Assembly (NCBI GenBank): GCA_964016885.1
Contig: OZ024743.1
Location: 361,832,001 to 361,896,000 of the forward strand
Direction: 5' to 3'
DNA length: 64,000 nt
Source: Eledone cirrhosa
Lineage: Eukaryota
Made by a program: the position numbers and the translations under genes. Positions 62,101 to 64,000 of this stretch are shown here, one piece after another; within the stretch, counting starts at the first letter, position 1, and every line of letters starts with the position of its first letter. Under the pieces are notes generated by a model. That model made no database searches. It was given only the letters and a program-made list of their open reading frames with translations, and was not told the origin of the DNA.

Positions 62101-64000
62101 GGAAACAATTGTTATAACTAGTACAGCACACAGTGGAAACATTTGTTATAACTAGTACAGCACACAGTGGAAACAATTGTTACAACTAGTAAAGCACACA
62201 GTGGAAACAATTGTTATAACTAGTACAGCACATAGTGGAAACAATTGTTATAACTAGTACAGATCACAGTGGAAACAATTGTTATAACTAGTACAGCTGA
62301 CAGTGGAAACAATTGTTATAACTAGTACAGCACATAGTGGAAACAATTGTTATAACTAGTACAGATCACAGTGGAAACAATTGTTATAACTAGTACAGCA
62401 CACAGTGCAAACAATTGTTATAACTGGTACAGCTCACAGTGGAAACAATTGTTATAACTAGTACAGCACACAGTGGAAACAATTGTTATAACTAGTACAG
62501 CTGACAGTGGAAACAATTGTTATAACTAGTACAGCACACAGTGGAAACAATTGTTATAACTAGTACAGCTGACAGTGGAAACAATTGTTATAACTAGTAC
62601 AGCTCACAGTGGAAACAATTGTTATAAGTAGTACCGCACACAGTGGAAACAATTGTTATAACTAGTACAGCTCACAGTGGAAACAATTGTTATAACTAGT
62701 ACAGCACACAGTGGAAACAATTGTTATAACTAGTACAGCACACAGTGGAAACAATTGTTATAACTAGTACAGCACACAGTGGAAACAATTGTTATAACTA
62801 GTACAGCACACAGTGGAAACAATTGTTATAACTAGTACAGCTCACAGTGGAAACAATTGTTATAACTAGTACAGCTGACAGTGGAAACAATTGTTATAAC
62901 TAGTACAGCTCACGTTGGAAACAATTGTTATAATTAGTACAGCACACAGTGGAAACAATTGTTATAACTAGTACAGCACACAGTGGAAACAATTGTTATA
63001 ACTAGTACAGCTCACGTTGGAAACAATTGTTATAATTAGTACAGCACACAATGGAAACAATTGTTATAACTAGTATAGCTGACAGTGGAAACAATTGTTA
63101 TAACTAGTACAGCTGACAGTGGAAACAATTGTTATAACTAGTACAGCACACAATGGAAACAAATTGTTATAACTAGTACAGCTCACAGTGCAAACAATTG
63201 TTATAACTAGTACAGCACACAGTGGAAACAATTGTTATAACTAGTACAGCTCACAGTGCAAACAATTGTTATAACTAGTACAGCACACAGTGGAAACAAT
63301 TGTTATAACTAGTACAGCACACAGTGCAAACAATTCTTATAATTAGTACAGCACACAGTGGAAACAATTGTTATAACTAGTACAGCACACAGTGGAAACA
63401 ATTGTTATAACTAGTACAGCACACAGTGCAAACAATTTTTATGACTAGTACAGCACACAGTGCAAACAATTGTTATAATTAGTACAGCACACAGTGGAAA
63501 CAATTGTTTTAACTAGTACAGCTCACAGTGGAAACAATTGTTATAACTAGTACAGCTCACAGTGGAAACAATTGTTATGACTAGTACAGCTCACAGTGGA
63601 AACAATTGTTATAACTAGTACAGCAAACAGTGGAAACAATTGTTATAACTAGTACAGCAAAGAGTGGAAACAATTGCTATAACTAGCACATCACACAGGG
63701 GAAACAATTGTTATAATTAGTACAGCACACAGTGGAAACAATTGTTATAACTAGTACAGCACACAGTGCAAACAATTCTTATAATTAGTACAGCACACAG
63801 TGGAAACAATTGTTATAACTAGTACAGCACACAGTGGAAACAATTGTTATAACTAGTACAGCACACAGTGCAAACAATTTTTATGACTAGTACAGCACAC
63901 AGTGCAAACAATTGTTATAATTAGTACAGCACACAGTGGAAACAATTGTTTTAACTAGTACAGCTCACAGTGGAAACAATTGTTATAACTAGTACAGCTC
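59185..64000 (+). repeat. Long-range copy of ~33800-38615 (offset 25385 bp), running off the window end
   Basis: CACACAGAGG at 34261/59646, GGAAATATTT at 34541/59926, AGAGTTGAC at 36636/62021 and GTATAGCT at 37690/63075. About 6 substitutions seen by eye over ~4.8 kb. Confidence 0.88.

Larger units (their letters stand above)
1..64000 (+). repeat. 34-bp tandem satellite array, ~1,882 monomers; consensus TACAGCACACAGTGGAAACAATTGTTATAACTAG
   Basis: Monomer 1 = 1-34 and monomer 2 = 35-68. The phase holds exactly at 1021, 2041, 3061, 4081, 5101 and 6121 (1+34n). The last partial monomer starts at 63993 (1882x34 + net 4 bp of indels). Consensus composition is 14A/8T/6C/6G. No non-repeat sequence or inversion seen. 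Confidence 0.99.

Noticed and set aside
1-64000. CRISPR array (34-bp partly palindromic repeat)
   Set aside because: Repeats abut directly with no unique spacers. The variable part is only 2-3 recurring bases, and there is no leader or cas gene.
1-64000. Repetitive protein-coding ORF
   Set aside because: 34 is not a multiple of 3, and each monomer has TAA and TAG on both strands (TTATAA, CTAG), so every frame is closed about once per 102 bp. ATG occurs only in rare variants.
1-64000. Canonical telomeric repeat, plasmid iterons or viral homologous-region origin
   Set aside because: There is no G-rich telomerase-type motif. The array is far longer than iteron or hr clusters, and no rep or viral genes are present. 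A satellite-type chromosome end cannot be excluded from this window alone.

Overview
The whole 64-kb window is one uninterrupted, head-to-tail tandem array (satellite DNA) of a 34-bp, ~35% GC monomer, consensus TACAGC(AC/TC/TG)ACAGTG(G/C)AAACAATTGTTATAACTAG. It holds about 1,880 copies, all in the same orientation, and runs off both ends of the window. I see no unique sequence, genes, RNA genes, transposon insertions or CRISPR spacers, and stop codons close all six frames about every 102 bp. The structure lies at two levels. (i) The monomer is a chain of overlapping palindromes (AACAATTGTT / GTTATAAC / ACTAGT / GTAC / CAGCTG) plus a CACAGTG heptamer. (ii) Rare monomer variants show an irregular, nested patchwork of recent block duplications (13, 25, 56, 65, 84, ~105-113, 140, 221 and 232 monomers, plus one ~4.8-kb block copied 25.4 kb away) instead of one fixed higher-order repeat. 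The size and organisation are most consistent with a eukaryotic satellite array (heterochromatic, centromeric or subtelomeric; inference). I cannot name the family or organism, and I find no supportable evidence of a new protein-coding system. All offsets were read by eye from marker variants.
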